NCBI GenBank assembly: GCA_018653085.1
Contig: JABIAY010000049.1
Coordinates: 118,335-182,334 of the forward strand
Reading direction: 5' to 3'
Origin: Nitrospina sp.
GTDB lineage: Bacteria > Nitrospinota > Nitrospinia > Nitrospinales > VA-1
DNA: 64,000 nt
Position numbers and translations under genes: made by a program. Each line of letters opens with the position of its first letter. Position 1 is the first letter of the stretch. The notes beneath the pieces were generated by a model, which worked only from the letters and a program-made list of their open reading frames with translations, ran no database searches and had not been told where the DNA came from. This document shows positions 10,701 to 19,621 of the stretch, piece by piece.

Positions 10701-11666
10701 CTATTCCTGTTCAGAATCAATCTTGGCGTAGGCCGTGATAATTTTTTTCACCAACTCATGGCGGACAACATCCTTGGCCGAAAAATAAACAAAGTCGATG
10801 CCTTGAACCTTGTTCAGCAGGTTTTGCACATGGATGAGCCCCGAATCAATGTGTGTGGGAAGGTCGACCTGGGTAATATCTCCGGTGACAACCATTTTCG
10901 ACCGGAATCCCAAACGAGTCAGGAACATTTTCATCTGCTCTTTGGTTGCGTTCTGGGCTTCATCAAGAATGATGAATGAATCACTCAAAGTTCTTCCGCG
11001 CATATATGCCAACGGGACGATTTCTATAGCCCCATCATCCATAAGATGCCGCACATGATTTTCTTCCATCATATCATTTAAAGCATCATAGAGGGGCATC
11101 AGGTAGGGGTTGATTTTATCAGCGATATCGCCCGGCAAATAGCCCAGCTTTTCACCGGCCTCCACAGCCGGGCGCACGAGTACAATTCGTTTAAACTTTT
11201 TTTTGAGCAAGCCCTCTACTGCCATTGCTACCGCCAGGTAGGTCTTACCCGTTCCTGCCGGGCCAATGGAAAGAACGATGTCGTCCTTCCTGATAGATTG
11301 GATGAACTGGTGTTGCGCCGGGCCTTTAGGGGTGATGTAACCCTTTTTCGGGGAAACGGTAACGCGTTCCGAAAAGATTAGCTTGAGGTCGACTTTAGGG
11401 TCTTCCGCCATAAGCCGGATGGCAAACTTTACGTCTCCATTCTCAACCGGGAGGTTTGCCTCATGCAGTTTCTCCAATTGCATGAAAAGATTTTCTACTG
11501 TTTCGATATCTTTCGGGCTACCTTTGAGCCGGATATGGTTTTCGCGGGTGGTGATGCGGACGTTGAATTTTTTCTCAATCAGTTTGAGGTTGAGGTCCTG
11601 ACTGCCAAACAGTTCCGGAATGAGTGCGTTGTTTTCGAGTACTAATTCTTTGGTATCCGGTTTCAA
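10701..11666 (-). CDS. ybeZ: PhoH-family ATPase (YbeZ-like)
   Basis: 321 aa with Walker A GPAGTGKTYLAV and Walker B FIILDEAQN. Conserved position upstream of ybeY. Confidence 0.9.
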   Translation of the reverse strand: MKPDTKELVLENNALIPELFGSQDLNLKLIEKKFNVRITTRENHIRLKGSPKDIETVENLFMQLEKLHEANLPVENGDVKFAIRLMAEDPKVDLKLIFSERVTVSPKKGYITPKGPAQHQFIQSIRKDDIVLSIGPAGTGKTYLAVAMAVEGLLKKKFKRIVLVRPAVEAGEKLGYLPGDIADKINPYLMPLYDALNDMMEENHVRHLMDDGAIEIVPLAYMRGRTLSDSFIILDEAQNATKEQMKMFLTRLGFRSKMVVTGDITQVDLPTHIDSGLIHVQNLLNKVQGIDFVYFSAKDVVRHELVKKIITAYAKIDSEQE

Positions 11667-11708
11667 ACAGGGTTCTCTCTATTCAGAAGATGAAAAATTG
11701 TGCAGGGC

Positions 11709-12308
11709 TCATCGCCGTGTTCCCTGTGGAGGAATCAGGTTCAAAAACTCACTGCGTGTCCTGGCATCTGCTTTGAAGGAGCCCAGCATGGCACTGGTGG
11801 TGGTGTAGGAATTCTGTTTTGCCACTCCCCGCATGCACATGCATAGATGAAGGGCTTCAATCACTACTCCCACACCCATGGGTTGAAGAATTTCATTCAG
11901 GCTGTCGGCGATTTGTTTGGTCAGTCGTTCCTGCACCTGTAGGCGGCGGCTGAATGCATCGACAATCCGGGGTACTTTGCTAAGGCCGATTATTCTTCCC
12001 TTTGGCAGATAGGCGACATGGCATTTACCAATGAAGGGGAGCAAATGATGTTCGCACATGCTGAACAGGTCAATATCCTTGACTATAACCATTTCATCAT
12101 AGTCTTCCTGGAATAATGCGCCATTGACAAGCTCATCAATATTGACCCAGTAGCCGCTGGTTAGAAATTTCAGCGACTTCTCCACCCGCTCTGGGGTATT
12201 TTGAAGCCCCTCACGCGATGGGTCTTCACCCATCTGCATTAATATTTGTTTAATGAGGTCTTTCAAGTTCTGTTCCTCTGTAAATAACAAAATTGCGTTC
12301 CGACTCAA
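11709..12308 (-). CDS. folE: GTP cyclohydrolase I
   Basis: 199 aa with [16 protein letters not shown] and CEHHLLPF motifs. The start is uncertain (TTG 12308 or 12290) and overlaps the queD 3' end. Confidence 0.92.
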   Translation of the reverse strand: MSRNAILLFTEEQNLKDLIKQILMQMGEDPSREGLQNTPERVEKSLKFLTSGYWVNIDELVNGALFQEDYDEMVIVKDIDLFSMCEHHLLPFIGKCHVAYLPKGRIIGLSKVPRIVDAFSRRLQVQERLTKQIADSLNEILQPMGVGVVIEALHLCMCMRGVAKQNSYTTTSAMLGSFKADARTRSEFLNLIPPQGTRR

Positions 12309-12675
12309 ACAATTTTACCTCATGCAGAGTCCCGTTTTCAATTTTGGGTTCGATGATGTTCCAGAAATGGATGGCGATATTTTCCGCTGTAGGAATCACA
12401 TTCTTCAAAAACTCTACATCCACATTGAGATTTTTATGATCGACCTTGTCGACGATTTCTTCGTTGATTAATTTTTTGAGGGCCTTGAGGTCCAGCACCA
12501 TTCCGGTTTCCGGGTCCACTTCCCCTCTGACAGTAACCTCCAGAACATAATTGTGTCCATGCCCATTGGGGTTGTTGCATAAACCAAAGGTGGCCGCATT
12601 TTTCTCATCTGAAAAGGCAGGGTTGAACAATCTGTGGCTGGCACAAAATTCCAGGCGGCGGGTGATATAAATCAT
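12250..12675 (-). CDS. queD: 6-carboxy-tetrahydropterin / 6-pyruvoyl-tetrahydropterin synthase family
   Basis: 141 aa with CASHRL and NGHGHNY motifs of the PTPS/QueD family. Confidence 0.85.
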   Translation of the reverse strand: MIYITRRLEFCASHRLFNPAFSDEKNAATFGLCNNPNGHGHNYVLEVTVRGEVDPETGMVLDLKALKKLINEEIVDKVDHKNLNVDVEFLKNVIPTAENIAIHFWNIIEPKIENGTLHEVKLFESERNFVIYRGTELERPH

Positions 12676-12691
12676 TAGAAATAGTGGAAGT

Positions 12692-12883
12692 TCATTTAAG
12701 GTATTTGCGTTTGTTGTCTGTTGAGTAGAAGCCAGGTCCGTACAAATGAAAGTTCATCTGATTGAACTGCTTGCTCAGTTTGCCGCCACATTTTTCACAT
12801 TCCTCGACTGGCTCGTCACTGACTTTTTGCAGGACTTCCACAATCTCCTTGCACTTTTCACACTGATATTCATATATGGGCAT
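12692..12883 (-). CDS. FmdB-family zinc-ribbon protein
   Basis: 63 aa. MPIYEYQCEKC...CEKCGG is the CxxC-x17-CxxC zinc-ribbon signature of the FmdB/TIGR02605-like family. Confidence 0.75.
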   Translation of the reverse strand: MPIYEYQCEKCKEIVEVLQKVSDEPVEECEKCGGKLSKQFNQMNFHLYGPGFYSTDNKRKYLK

Positions 12884-12928
12884 GGGTTTCTCTATCTCCA
12901 GATCATTGAGTAATTATATTATACATGA

Positions 12929-13993
12929 TCAGCTGAAGTTGTAGGCAAAACATCCACTGGAGCACCGAACCATATAATGAGGGCAGCTTTTGCAGGGCTC
13001 GTTCGGCTGGGCTTCAAACGCATGACTGAGAAACTGGGTGTGCATTTTGGTGATTGCAAGCTCGGTGATCTGCTTGAAGTCTTTGACATTACCGAGCTTT
13101 TTGTTGTGAAACGGAAAACAGTTAAAACAATCCCCTTTAGGGTCAATGTCCATAGGGCTGTCATCCGCACAGCCAAAATAAACATCTCTGTCCTGCCATA
13201 GCGTGATATCGGGAACCGACTGACCGCCATGGTAGATAAATCGCTCTACGAGCGGATATTCGTCTTCTTCTATTTCGTCCAAAAGACAGGGCGGGAACGA
13301 ACAGTCAAAGCGAAAGCACAATTGTGGGAATTCTTTCATCATATCCAGTAACTTCCGCCCCATTTTCGGATAGTCTTTAATGGGCAAAGTCACATTATTT
13401 TCTTCCCCCACAATGGGAAAGGCTGGACTGACACGAATTTTATATTTTTGTCCCGGTGGTAATCCCATGTTCTGATAAATTTCATCGATTTCCCAGCACT
13501 GGGTCGATAAATCCTGCTCGGTGGAATACAGATTGAGACTGAACATGAGACCGAGTCCGTTTTTGCTGAGAATGGCTTCCGCGACTTCCCGGCAACGGGC
13601 ATGGTTTTTTTCAGAAATATTTTCGAGAGTCTGCCAGTTTAGAAGAATGGAAAATTGAATCTGGCGTTCGATGCTTCCTCCACGGCCAACGGTATGCAAA
13701 AGAAGGTCGAGAACTTTGTCCGGCATCAAGCCATTAGTGAAAACTCCCAGAAAGGAAAAGGGCTGCATATTTTCCAGGGTTTGCGACAAGATATCGTTGA
13801 AGTGGGGATGCAGGGTGGGCTCACCCCCCATAAAATTGATGAGCGAGGCATTTTTTACCCGAGGCAACAATTCGTTCTGGAAAAATTCAAAATCCATTGA
13901 CTTGTCATGGGTTTTGACATTTTCCTCCATATATTCATCTGCAAAGCAATAATTGCATTTCAGATTGCAATAGGTATTAAGAATGATGTTCAT
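12929..13993 (-). CDS. radical SAM protein with SPASM-like C-terminal Cys clusters
   Basis: 354 aa with N-terminal CNLKCNYC (CxxxCxxC), GGEPTLHP, and C-terminal GDCFNC and CKSCPHYMVRCSSGC clusters. Confidence 0.8.
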   Translation of the reverse strand: MNIILNTYCNLKCNYCFADEYMEENVKTHDKSMDFEFFQNELLPRVKNASLINFMGGEPTLHPHFNDILSQTLENMQPFSFLGVFTNGLMPDKVLDLLLHTVGRGGSIERQIQFSILLNWQTLENISEKNHARCREVAEAILSKNGLGLMFSLNLYSTEQDLSTQCWEIDEIYQNMGLPPGQKYKIRVSPAFPIVGEENNVTLPIKDYPKMGRKLLDMMKEFPQLCFRFDCSFPPCLLDEIEEDEYPLVERFIYHGGQSVPDITLWQDRDVYFGCADDSPMDIDPKGDCFNCFPFHNKKLGNVKDFKQITELAITKMHTQFLSHAFEAQPNEPCKSCPHYMVRCSSGCFAYNFS

Positions 13994-13999
13994 GACTTC

Positions 14000-14488
14000 T
14001 CAGCCCCTTGACGGTAAACCCGTCAACCGTCCTGGTATTCCAGTCTGACGCCGGGGATTGCTTCCACGAAAAATGTTCAATGTTTTCGGAATATTTTCTT
14101 TCATGGCTTCCATGCCATGCTGAGCGGAAGGTAAGGTCAAACCCCACTCGGGGTCATAGATACCCGCCAGCATTGCATCCTGCCCCAAAACCTGTATGAC
14201 AATAAATTTTTCAATGGAATGTTTTTTTTGCACTTCCAGTGGCATCATCAGGGTTTCATTCTCATTCTTGGAGCCCCTGCGCATCACCGCCTTGCCCGAC
14301 TCGACCGCATCAAAAGATATCGAGGCAATATAGTCGCCCAGTGATTTGAAAATGTATTTTTTGGGAAAAACAACGATGCCATAGTTTTCGCTGTTTTTGT
14401 AGAGCTGGTAGTCGTAACCGGACCCGGCCCGGGCTTGTAAGGGGGCAAGGAAAACCGTCAGGACTATGAGAGTTATGAAATGTTTCAT
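14000..14488 (-). CDS. exported hypothetical protein
   Basis: ATG at 14488 gives MKHFITLIVLTVFLAPLQARA, which is signal-peptide-like. 6-nt gap to the radical SAM gene. Confidence 0.55.
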   Translation of the reverse strand: MKHFITLIVLTVFLAPLQARAGSGYDYQLYKNSENYGIVVFPKKYIFKSLGDYIASISFDAVESGKAVMRRGSKNENETLMMPLEVQKKHSIEKFIVIQVLGQDAMLAGIYDPEWGLTLPSAQHGMEAMKENIPKTLNIFRGSNPRRQTGIPGRLTGLPSRG

Positions 14489-14520
14489 AATATCGATAAT
14501 ACTCCACCCGCCCACTTCCG

Positions 14521-14766
14521 TGGGAGGAAATCAGCAATATCTACCCCTCCGGGGCACTAAGTTTAAGGGGGGATATCACGTACGTACTGGCCCCACGCCT
14601 TCGGCGGTCGCAGTAGCGTCACCGCCACATTGCCACCGGCGGCTCGCCGGCCACGCCTGGTGCTGCTGCCGCAGGGGCAACTGGGCAAGGGCTCATCAAG
14701 CCGAAATAACTCTTTGCTCGCCAGATAAAGCGATGGCACACTGGTCCCACGCCTGGTGGCTAGTGG
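14521..14766. repeat. degenerate double copy of the intergenic hairpin-repeat family (see 59097-59408)
   Basis: 14686-14766 (gcaagggctcatcaagccgaa..ccagataaagcgatggcacactggtcccacgcctggtggctag) aligns with the reverse complement of the 97-bp unit. There is a perfect palindrome ccggcg-gct-cgccgg at 14636-14650. The motif aggcgtggg occurs three times on the minus strand. Confidence 0.7.
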
Positions 14767-15173
14767 ATTTCGTCCGGGGTGAAGAAATAGGATATTTCAA
14801 ATGCTGCAGTTTCCGGCGCATCTGAGCCATGTGAAGTATTTCTTTCAATGTTCTCGGCAAAATCCTTTCGGATGGTGCCCGCTTCGGCATCTGCCGGATT
14901 GGTGGCACCCATTAGCTTTCGCCAGTCGGGAATAGCATTTTCTTTTTCAAGGACGAGTAAGACAACAGGCCCTGAACTCATGGTGGTGGTCATGCCATCG
15001 AAAAAAGGCCGTTCCTTGTGGACAGCATAAAATCCTTCAGCCTGAGCCTTGCTGAGCAGAGTTCGTTTCATAGCAACGATTCTAAAGCCTGCCGATTCGA
15101 TGCGTTCCAGAATTTTTCCGATGAGGTTGCGTTCCACGCCGTCAGGTTTGATGATAGCAAAAGTTCTTTCCAT
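14760..15173 (-). CDS. ndk: nucleoside-diphosphate kinase
   Basis: 137 aa with [13 protein letters not shown] and the active-site motif NTSHGSD. Confidence 0.95.
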   Translation of the reverse strand: MERTFAIIKPDGVERNLIGKILERIESAGFRIVAMKRTLLSKAQAEGFYAVHKERPFFDGMTTTMSSGPVVLLVLEKENAIPDWRKLMGATNPADAEAGTIRKDFAENIERNTSHGSDAPETAAFEISYFFTPDEIH

Positions 15174-15202
15174 TTCAGGGCTTTCTTTTAAGGTTTATGA
15201 GT

Positions 15203-15246
15203 AAAATAAAAAAAAGGTATTTGAGCGGTGAAGCCCAAATACCTTT
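15203..15246 (-). terminator. rho-independent terminator after the OFOR operon
   Basis: On the minus strand: aaaggtatttg.g.c / g.c.caaataccttt, a stem of about 13 bp with one mismatch, followed by TTTTTTTTATTTT. Confidence 0.7.
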
Positions 15247-15261
15247 TAGTAAAGCAAGAAT

Positions 15262-15525
15262 CTATCGAAGAACAATTCCAGATTTTTTAATGACAAATCC
15301 TTCGTCCAGTTCTTCAATCCATTTCATTTTAATGGCATCATTCTTAGCGATATCGGAACAGATGTAGACACAAATCTCACAAGCCTTGCACCGGTCTACG
15401 GAGACATAAGCCGACTTATCGGCTTCGCTGTAATTGATACAATTAGTTTCAGGGCAGTATTGCGTACAGAGATGGCAGTTCTTAGCCGAACATATCTCCT
15501 TGTTAACTTCAGCAATGTAGTACAT
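15262..15525 (-). CDS. 2-oxoacid:ferredoxin oxidoreductase delta subunit (2x[4Fe-4S] ferredoxin)
   Basis: 87 aa with two Cys clusters (C..C..C...CP and CKACEICVYIC). Last gene of the OFOR operon. Confidence 0.8.
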   Translation of the reverse strand: MYYIAEVNKEICSAKNCHLCTQYCPETNCINYSEADKSAYVSVDRCKACEICVYICSDIAKNDAIKMKWIEELDEGFVIKKSGIVLR

Positions 15526-15545
15526 GTTCTCTCCAGTCTTTAACG

Positions 15546-16250
15546 TTACGCGGTGGCTTTAGCAGGTTGTTCGGCCTCAGACCAGCCTTGATCGATGGCG
15601 TATTGAACAGCCGCATCCAAAACTTTCTGGTTTGCTTCCAGCAGTTTTTGTTTCTTAGCAAATTTTTTCTCAATAGCACTGTCCAAAGCAGCCGTACCAC
15701 CGGACACTACGATACCTTTTCCGACGAACCGGTCTTTAACGGATGCCGCTAAAGATGCTGGGTCGGGGAGACCAAAAATCCCGGAAATAGCACCACACAT
15801 GGCCATATTGGTAGCCAGGTCTGTTTTTGCCAGTTCATTGGCCATTTCCGTGGCAGGCAGATAGTAAATGCGCGCTTCTTTTTCTTCCAGCTCCCTTTGC
15901 TCATCCGGGGTGAACGGAATCAGTTTCTTGCTGTTGATGAGAATGATTCCATTCTGTTTCAGGCCGGTATAAAACGGCATGGTATAGGACTTGCCCAGCG
16001 TGATTACGGAAGGATGAAAAATCATGAGAACGTTCGGATAGATGATTTCTCCAATCTCATAAATCGTTTCGTTGGAGATGCGGACATAACTCTCAACAGG
16101 GGCATTCCGTTTTTCTGACCCGAAAAAAGGAACCAGGGAACTGAAACCACCGGAAATAACCACCCCGTTACTGATAATGTGGGATGCCGTGACCACACCC
16201 TGACCGCCAATTCCTGCCATACGAATGTTATAGCGCTTAGCTTCTGACAT
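15546..16250 (-). CDS. 2-oxoacid:ferredoxin oxidoreductase gamma subunit
   Basis: 234 aa. N-terminal IRMAGIGGQGVVTA is typical of POR/KOR gamma subunits. Confidence 0.85.
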   Translation of the reverse strand: MSEAKRYNIRMAGIGGQGVVTASHIISNGVVISGGFSSLVPFFGSEKRNAPVESYVRISNETIYEIGEIIYPNVLMIFHPSVITLGKSYTMPFYTGLKQNGIILINSKKLIPFTPDEQRELEEKEARIYYLPATEMANELAKTDLATNMAMCGAISGIFGLPDPASLAASVKDRFVGKGIVVSGGTAALDSAIEKKFAKKQKLLEANQKVLDAAVQYAIDQGWSEAEQPAKATA

Positions 16251-16268
16251 TTTTAGTTTCTCCTCTGA

Positions 16269-17159
16269 TCAGTCTGATTTTTTCTTTTTCGGTTTTTTCT
16301 CAACTTCATCCAGATACGCTTTTGCCGCAGGTGAAATGATTTCTTCAAAACCATAGCGTTCTTTTTCTATCTCGAAGGCATCTTTCATTACATCCGGCGT
16401 TGGGATTGAGTACTCGATGTTGCAGGAGGTATAGGCCTGAATGTAGCTGTGTCCCACTTCCCGAGCAACCATGATAGCGCGACGAACGGTGCGAGCTACC
16501 CGCGCGGGGTTGGTCGGAGCAAGACGGGCGATATAGTCTACGCCAGCAACTTTAGCCAGACCCAAGGCATCGATCTTCTCACCGAATTTTCCACGCGGAG
16601 CCATTTTCATAACTTTGCCCTGATTGGTCATGCCGCTTTCCTGACCACCGGTGTTTCCGTAAACTTCATTGTCGAGCATGATGGTGGTGAATTTTTCTTT
16701 GCGGAACCAGCTATGCATCAATCCCTGGAATCCGATGTCGATCAGTCCGCCGTCACCGGCCATGACCACAACGTCTTTTTTCTGGTTGGGGAAACGTACT
16801 TCGAGTCCTCGTTTCAGACCAGAAGCCACTGCATTGGTGTCGCCGTAGTTGCCGTAGACAAATGGTACAGAAGCCTGGGAAATTGCCAGACGACCACAGC
16901 CAGCGGTGCCAACAACGATGGTGTGTTCAGGGTTGGGCATTCCAATATAAGTGAGACGGATGAACAGGGTCATCGCGCAGCCTGCACACATGGGATGTTC
17001 TTCAATAATTTCCTTGAATTTACCCATATCAGTAACTTTAACGGTTTGTCTGTCTGAATCACCGCGGTTATTGTAGGGGCCGTGTTCCACCAGATCCCTG
17101 TATTCGATGGGTAAAAAGTCTTTAAATGCCGGGGAAGGGCGTAAATTTTCAAGAGACAT
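16269..17159 (-). CDS. 2-oxoacid:ferredoxin oxidoreductase beta subunit (TPP-binding)
   Basis: 296 aa with a CAGC cluster ligand region and the TPP motif GDGG..DIG...N. Confidence 0.9.
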   Translation of the reverse strand: MSLENLRPSPAFKDFLPIEYRDLVEHGPYNNRGDSDRQTVKVTDMGKFKEIIEEHPMCAGCAMTLFIRLTYIGMPNPEHTIVVGTAGCGRLAISQASVPFVYGNYGDTNAVASGLKRGLEVRFPNQKKDVVVMAGDGGLIDIGFQGLMHSWFRKEKFTTIMLDNEVYGNTGGQESGMTNQGKVMKMAPRGKFGEKIDALGLAKVAGVDYIARLAPTNPARVARTVRRAIMVAREVGHSYIQAYTSCNIEYSIPTPDVMKDAFEIEKERYGFEEIISPAAKAYLDEVEKKPKKKKSD

Positions 17160-17269
17160 AGGATTTAATCCTTATATAGAAAAGTTTTTGAATTTATAGT
17201 TAACAGGCGGGCTTTCGCCTCAAAAAATTATACCTGTATTCAAAATGCCAAGCAACAAACGCAAAGAAG

Positions 17270-18502
17270 TTATTTAACTTCTTTGCGGAACTCTTCCAGC
17301 CACTCAAGAATCATCTCGGTCGGCATAGTCATGCCGCCGAAAACCCGAGGGCCGTCTTTAATGATTGCCTTACAGCGGCCATAGAGTACGGAACAGACTT
17401 CCTTGTGTAGCCAACCGGCCTGATTGAACTCAGGGATCAGGATGCGCTTGGCATCTTTAACCGCTTCAAGGATTTCTTCCGTCGGGAAAGGGCGAATGGT
17501 TTTGACTTTAACCAGACCCACTTTCCGGCCCTTTTCCCCTTCCTGCCGAACCGCTTCGCGGGCCTGAGAGACTGCACAGCCGGAGGCAATGATGAAATCG
17601 TCGGCGCCAGGATTAACCACTTCAACCAAGCCGCCAAGATATTTATCGAAGTATTTTGCGGAACGTCCTACTGCCGCAAAAACTTCCTGCTGCCAACTGG
17701 AGTGCATGTGGTAACTGATGAAATTACTTTTTTGAATTGGGGCATCCCGCGAGAGACGCGCTGGGGGATTTTCGTTGTCCATTGCTGGGACTGCCGAACG
17801 CCAACCGTCTCGCGGAGGCAGTTTATATTCCTCCGGTGTGATCGAAACCGGGCCGCGGGCATGGGTCACGAAAAATCCATCTGTTGAGACAACAGCGGGT
17901 AAGGTGACATCGACCTGTTCAGAGGCCATGATTGCCGCAAGCGGGTAATCGTAAAAGTCCTGCTGGTTTTCAGCGTGAAGCATAAGAATTCCGGTATTCA
18001 GCATGAATGACATTTCAATGTTATCCGGCTGAATGGCCAAAGGCGTGTTAATAACCCGGCACATATTGAGCATGATGATCGGGGTTCTCGCACCCGGCCA
18101 GGAACTGATAGCTTCCAAACCGCGCATCAGGCCAGGGCCTGAAGTTGCCGTCAAGCTACGTACTCCCGCGCGGGACGCACCAGAGATTGCAGAGAAGGTA
18201 CCGATTTCTTCTTCGCCCCGGTAATACTCTTTGATATAGCCTTCATCGTAAAGGTAGCCAGCTTGTTGCATGGACTCACTCTGCGGAGTGATGGGGTAGG
18301 CAATTGCTATATCTATGTTTGCGCGTCTCATGGACTCTCTTGCCGCTTCACTTCCCGTGATAAACTGTTTCTCGCGGGGAAGCTCATGAAACATTTTCAT
18401 GGGGTCTACTGCTGTTTGCCTTTCACTCCCAGGCACCCAATCAGCCGCTTTCCCTTCATCGACAGCATTTCTGTTGACTGCCGCGCCTTTCACATTTGCC
18501 AT
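17270..18502 (-). CDS. 2-oxoacid:ferredoxin oxidoreductase alpha subunit
   Basis: 410 aa with AYPITPQSE and TATSGPGL motifs of the POR/KOR alpha subunit. Confidence 0.9.
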   Translation of the reverse strand: MANVKGAAVNRNAVDEGKAADWVPGSERQTAVDPMKMFHELPREKQFITGSEAARESMRRANIDIAIAYPITPQSESMQQAGYLYDEGYIKEYYRGEEEIGTFSAISGASRAGVRSLTATSGPGLMRGLEAISSWPGARTPIIMLNMCRVINTPLAIQPDNIEMSFMLNTGILMLHAENQQDFYDYPLAAIMASEQVDVTLPAVVSTDGFFVTHARGPVSITPEEYKLPPRDGWRSAVPAMDNENPPARLSRDAPIQKSNFISYHMHSSWQQEVFAAVGRSAKYFDKYLGGLVEVVNPGADDFIIASGCAVSQAREAVRQEGEKGRKVGLVKVKTIRPFPTEEILEAVKDAKRILIPEFNQAGWLHKEVCSVLYGRCKAIIKDGPRVFGGMTMPTEMILEWLEEFRKEVK

Positions 18503-18536
18503 GACTTAACTCCTTTTATTTCAAAATATCAGTGCG

Positions 18537-18557
18537 CAGAATTTATAATAAATTCTG
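18537..18557. promoter_or_regulatory. perfect 9-3-9 palindrome in the OFOR leader (possible operator)
   Basis: cagaattta-taa-taaattctg. It lies 35 nt upstream of the alpha-subunit ATG and downstream of the predicted promoter. Confidence 0.4.
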
Positions 18558-18654
18558 GTAAAAACTATAACAAATAACGATTAATTAGGCGGGCTTTATG
18601 GGGGTAACTTGCATTGACTAAAGCCACCTACCGATTTCTTTAAAAAAGAGACAC

Positions 18655-18683
18655 ATATTAGGAACAAACAGCCCTTCTGTCAA
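18655..18683 (-). promoter_or_regulatory. sigma-70-type promoter of the OFOR operon
   Basis: The minus strand reads TTGACA-N17-TAATAT (-35 at 18678-18683, -10 at 18655-18660), about 150 nt upstream of the start codon. Confidence 0.55.
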
Positions 18684-18737
18684 GACTAAAGCCTTATTAT
18701 TGGGTACTTTTCTCCACTTTTTCTGATTCAGGTGGGG

Positions 18738-19061
18738 TCACGATTCCTGAGGTAGGATTTTTTCCAGAGAACCCAGCTCTTCAAAGTACTGAAAGGCCTT
18801 CTGCAAAAACTCGTTTAAGGACTTATCTGTGTAAAATTTAAGGGTTTTATCTGCTAATTCTGTGGAATGGCAAACCTCATATTCTGCAGTTTCAGGGTTT
18901 GAGAACTTGATGACCTCCACTTCCCAATGAATCATGGAAATTTCTTCCTGAGGCCCGGATATAGCAGATAGCCCATAGTTCTTCACCCGGTACAAAAACT
19001 GTGTTCCGCCTAGACCGCTGGGGTTGGAGCGGGTCAAAAATAAATTATCTTGAATAAGCAT
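18738..19061 (-). CDS. hypothetical protein
   Basis: 107-aa ORF with an ATG start. No recognisable motif. Confidence 0.45.
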   Translation of the reverse strand: MLIQDNLFLTRSNPSGLGGTQFLYRVKNYGLSAISGPQEEISMIHWEVEVIKFSNPETAEYEVCHSTELADKTLKFYTDKSLNEFLQKAFQYFEELGSLEKILPQES

Positions 19062-19228
19062 GGTATATCTCTAATATAATAGGTTTTCTGTTGAGCACGA
19101 TGTGACAGAACTCTGTGCACTGATCAATATACCTTAAACGAGGGGACGATCCAAACTCGGGCTGTCCAAATTCGGTTTCGGATGTTATTTTATCAATCAT
19201 TTATCCTCATATTTCTACCGAACTGACC

Positions 19229-19513
19229 ATGCAAGCTATTGAAATGAGTAACCCTGCGGAGATAGAAACCTTTTTAAGCAAAATTCAGTTGACCGGCAAA
19301 GGCTTCACGACTGAATGCCTTCTGGTGGATGTTTATGATGCTGGTTTGGACTACACCGATTATTTGAAGGCCGAGGGTGAAGACCCGGATGCCAGCTATG
19401 AAGGCAAATCCCCGGCCTGGGCCAAATACCATATGCGCCAGGGAAAACGGGTTTTTATGGTTTATGGTGAGGCGGGTAAAGAGCGCCGCACGCATTTTTC
19501 TGAGACTCCCTGA
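19229..19513 (+). CDS. hypothetical protein
   Basis: 94-aa acidic ORF with an ATG start. No recognisable motif. Confidence 0.4.
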   Translation: MQAIEMSNPAEIETFLSKIQLTGKGFTTECLLVDVYDAGLDYTDYLKAEGEDPDASYEGKSPAWAKYHMRQGKRVFMVYGEAGKERRTHFSETP

Positions 19514-19621
19514 TCCCGTGGCTTTCGTTGAATCGATTTTAAAATTTTTCCATCTGATTTAGTAAGGCTGATTTTTTTTCAAGTGGTATCGTCGCTTATT
19601 TAATTTACTTATGGTTTCGCC

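Noticed and set aside
14466-14825. 119-aa plus-strand ORF across the ndk 3' spacer.
   Set aside because: It overlaps ndk antisense and otherwise reads through GC-rich repeat hairpins. The peptide (..HCHRRLAGHAWCCCRRGNWARAH..) looks like translated repeat sequence rather than a protein.
16449-17057. Long antisense or alternative-frame ORFs inside well-supported genes (for example 16449..17057, 20298..20792, 39521..40147, 55633..56151, 57559..58128, 58179..58862, 9429..9911).
   Set aside because: Each lies entirely within, or mostly opposite, a gene with strong family motifs (OFOR beta, sucD, czcA, tatD, metG, ricT, mutS). Their composition is biased (Arg/Ser/Cys-rich) and they carry no recognisable motifs. 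They are typical shadow ORFs.
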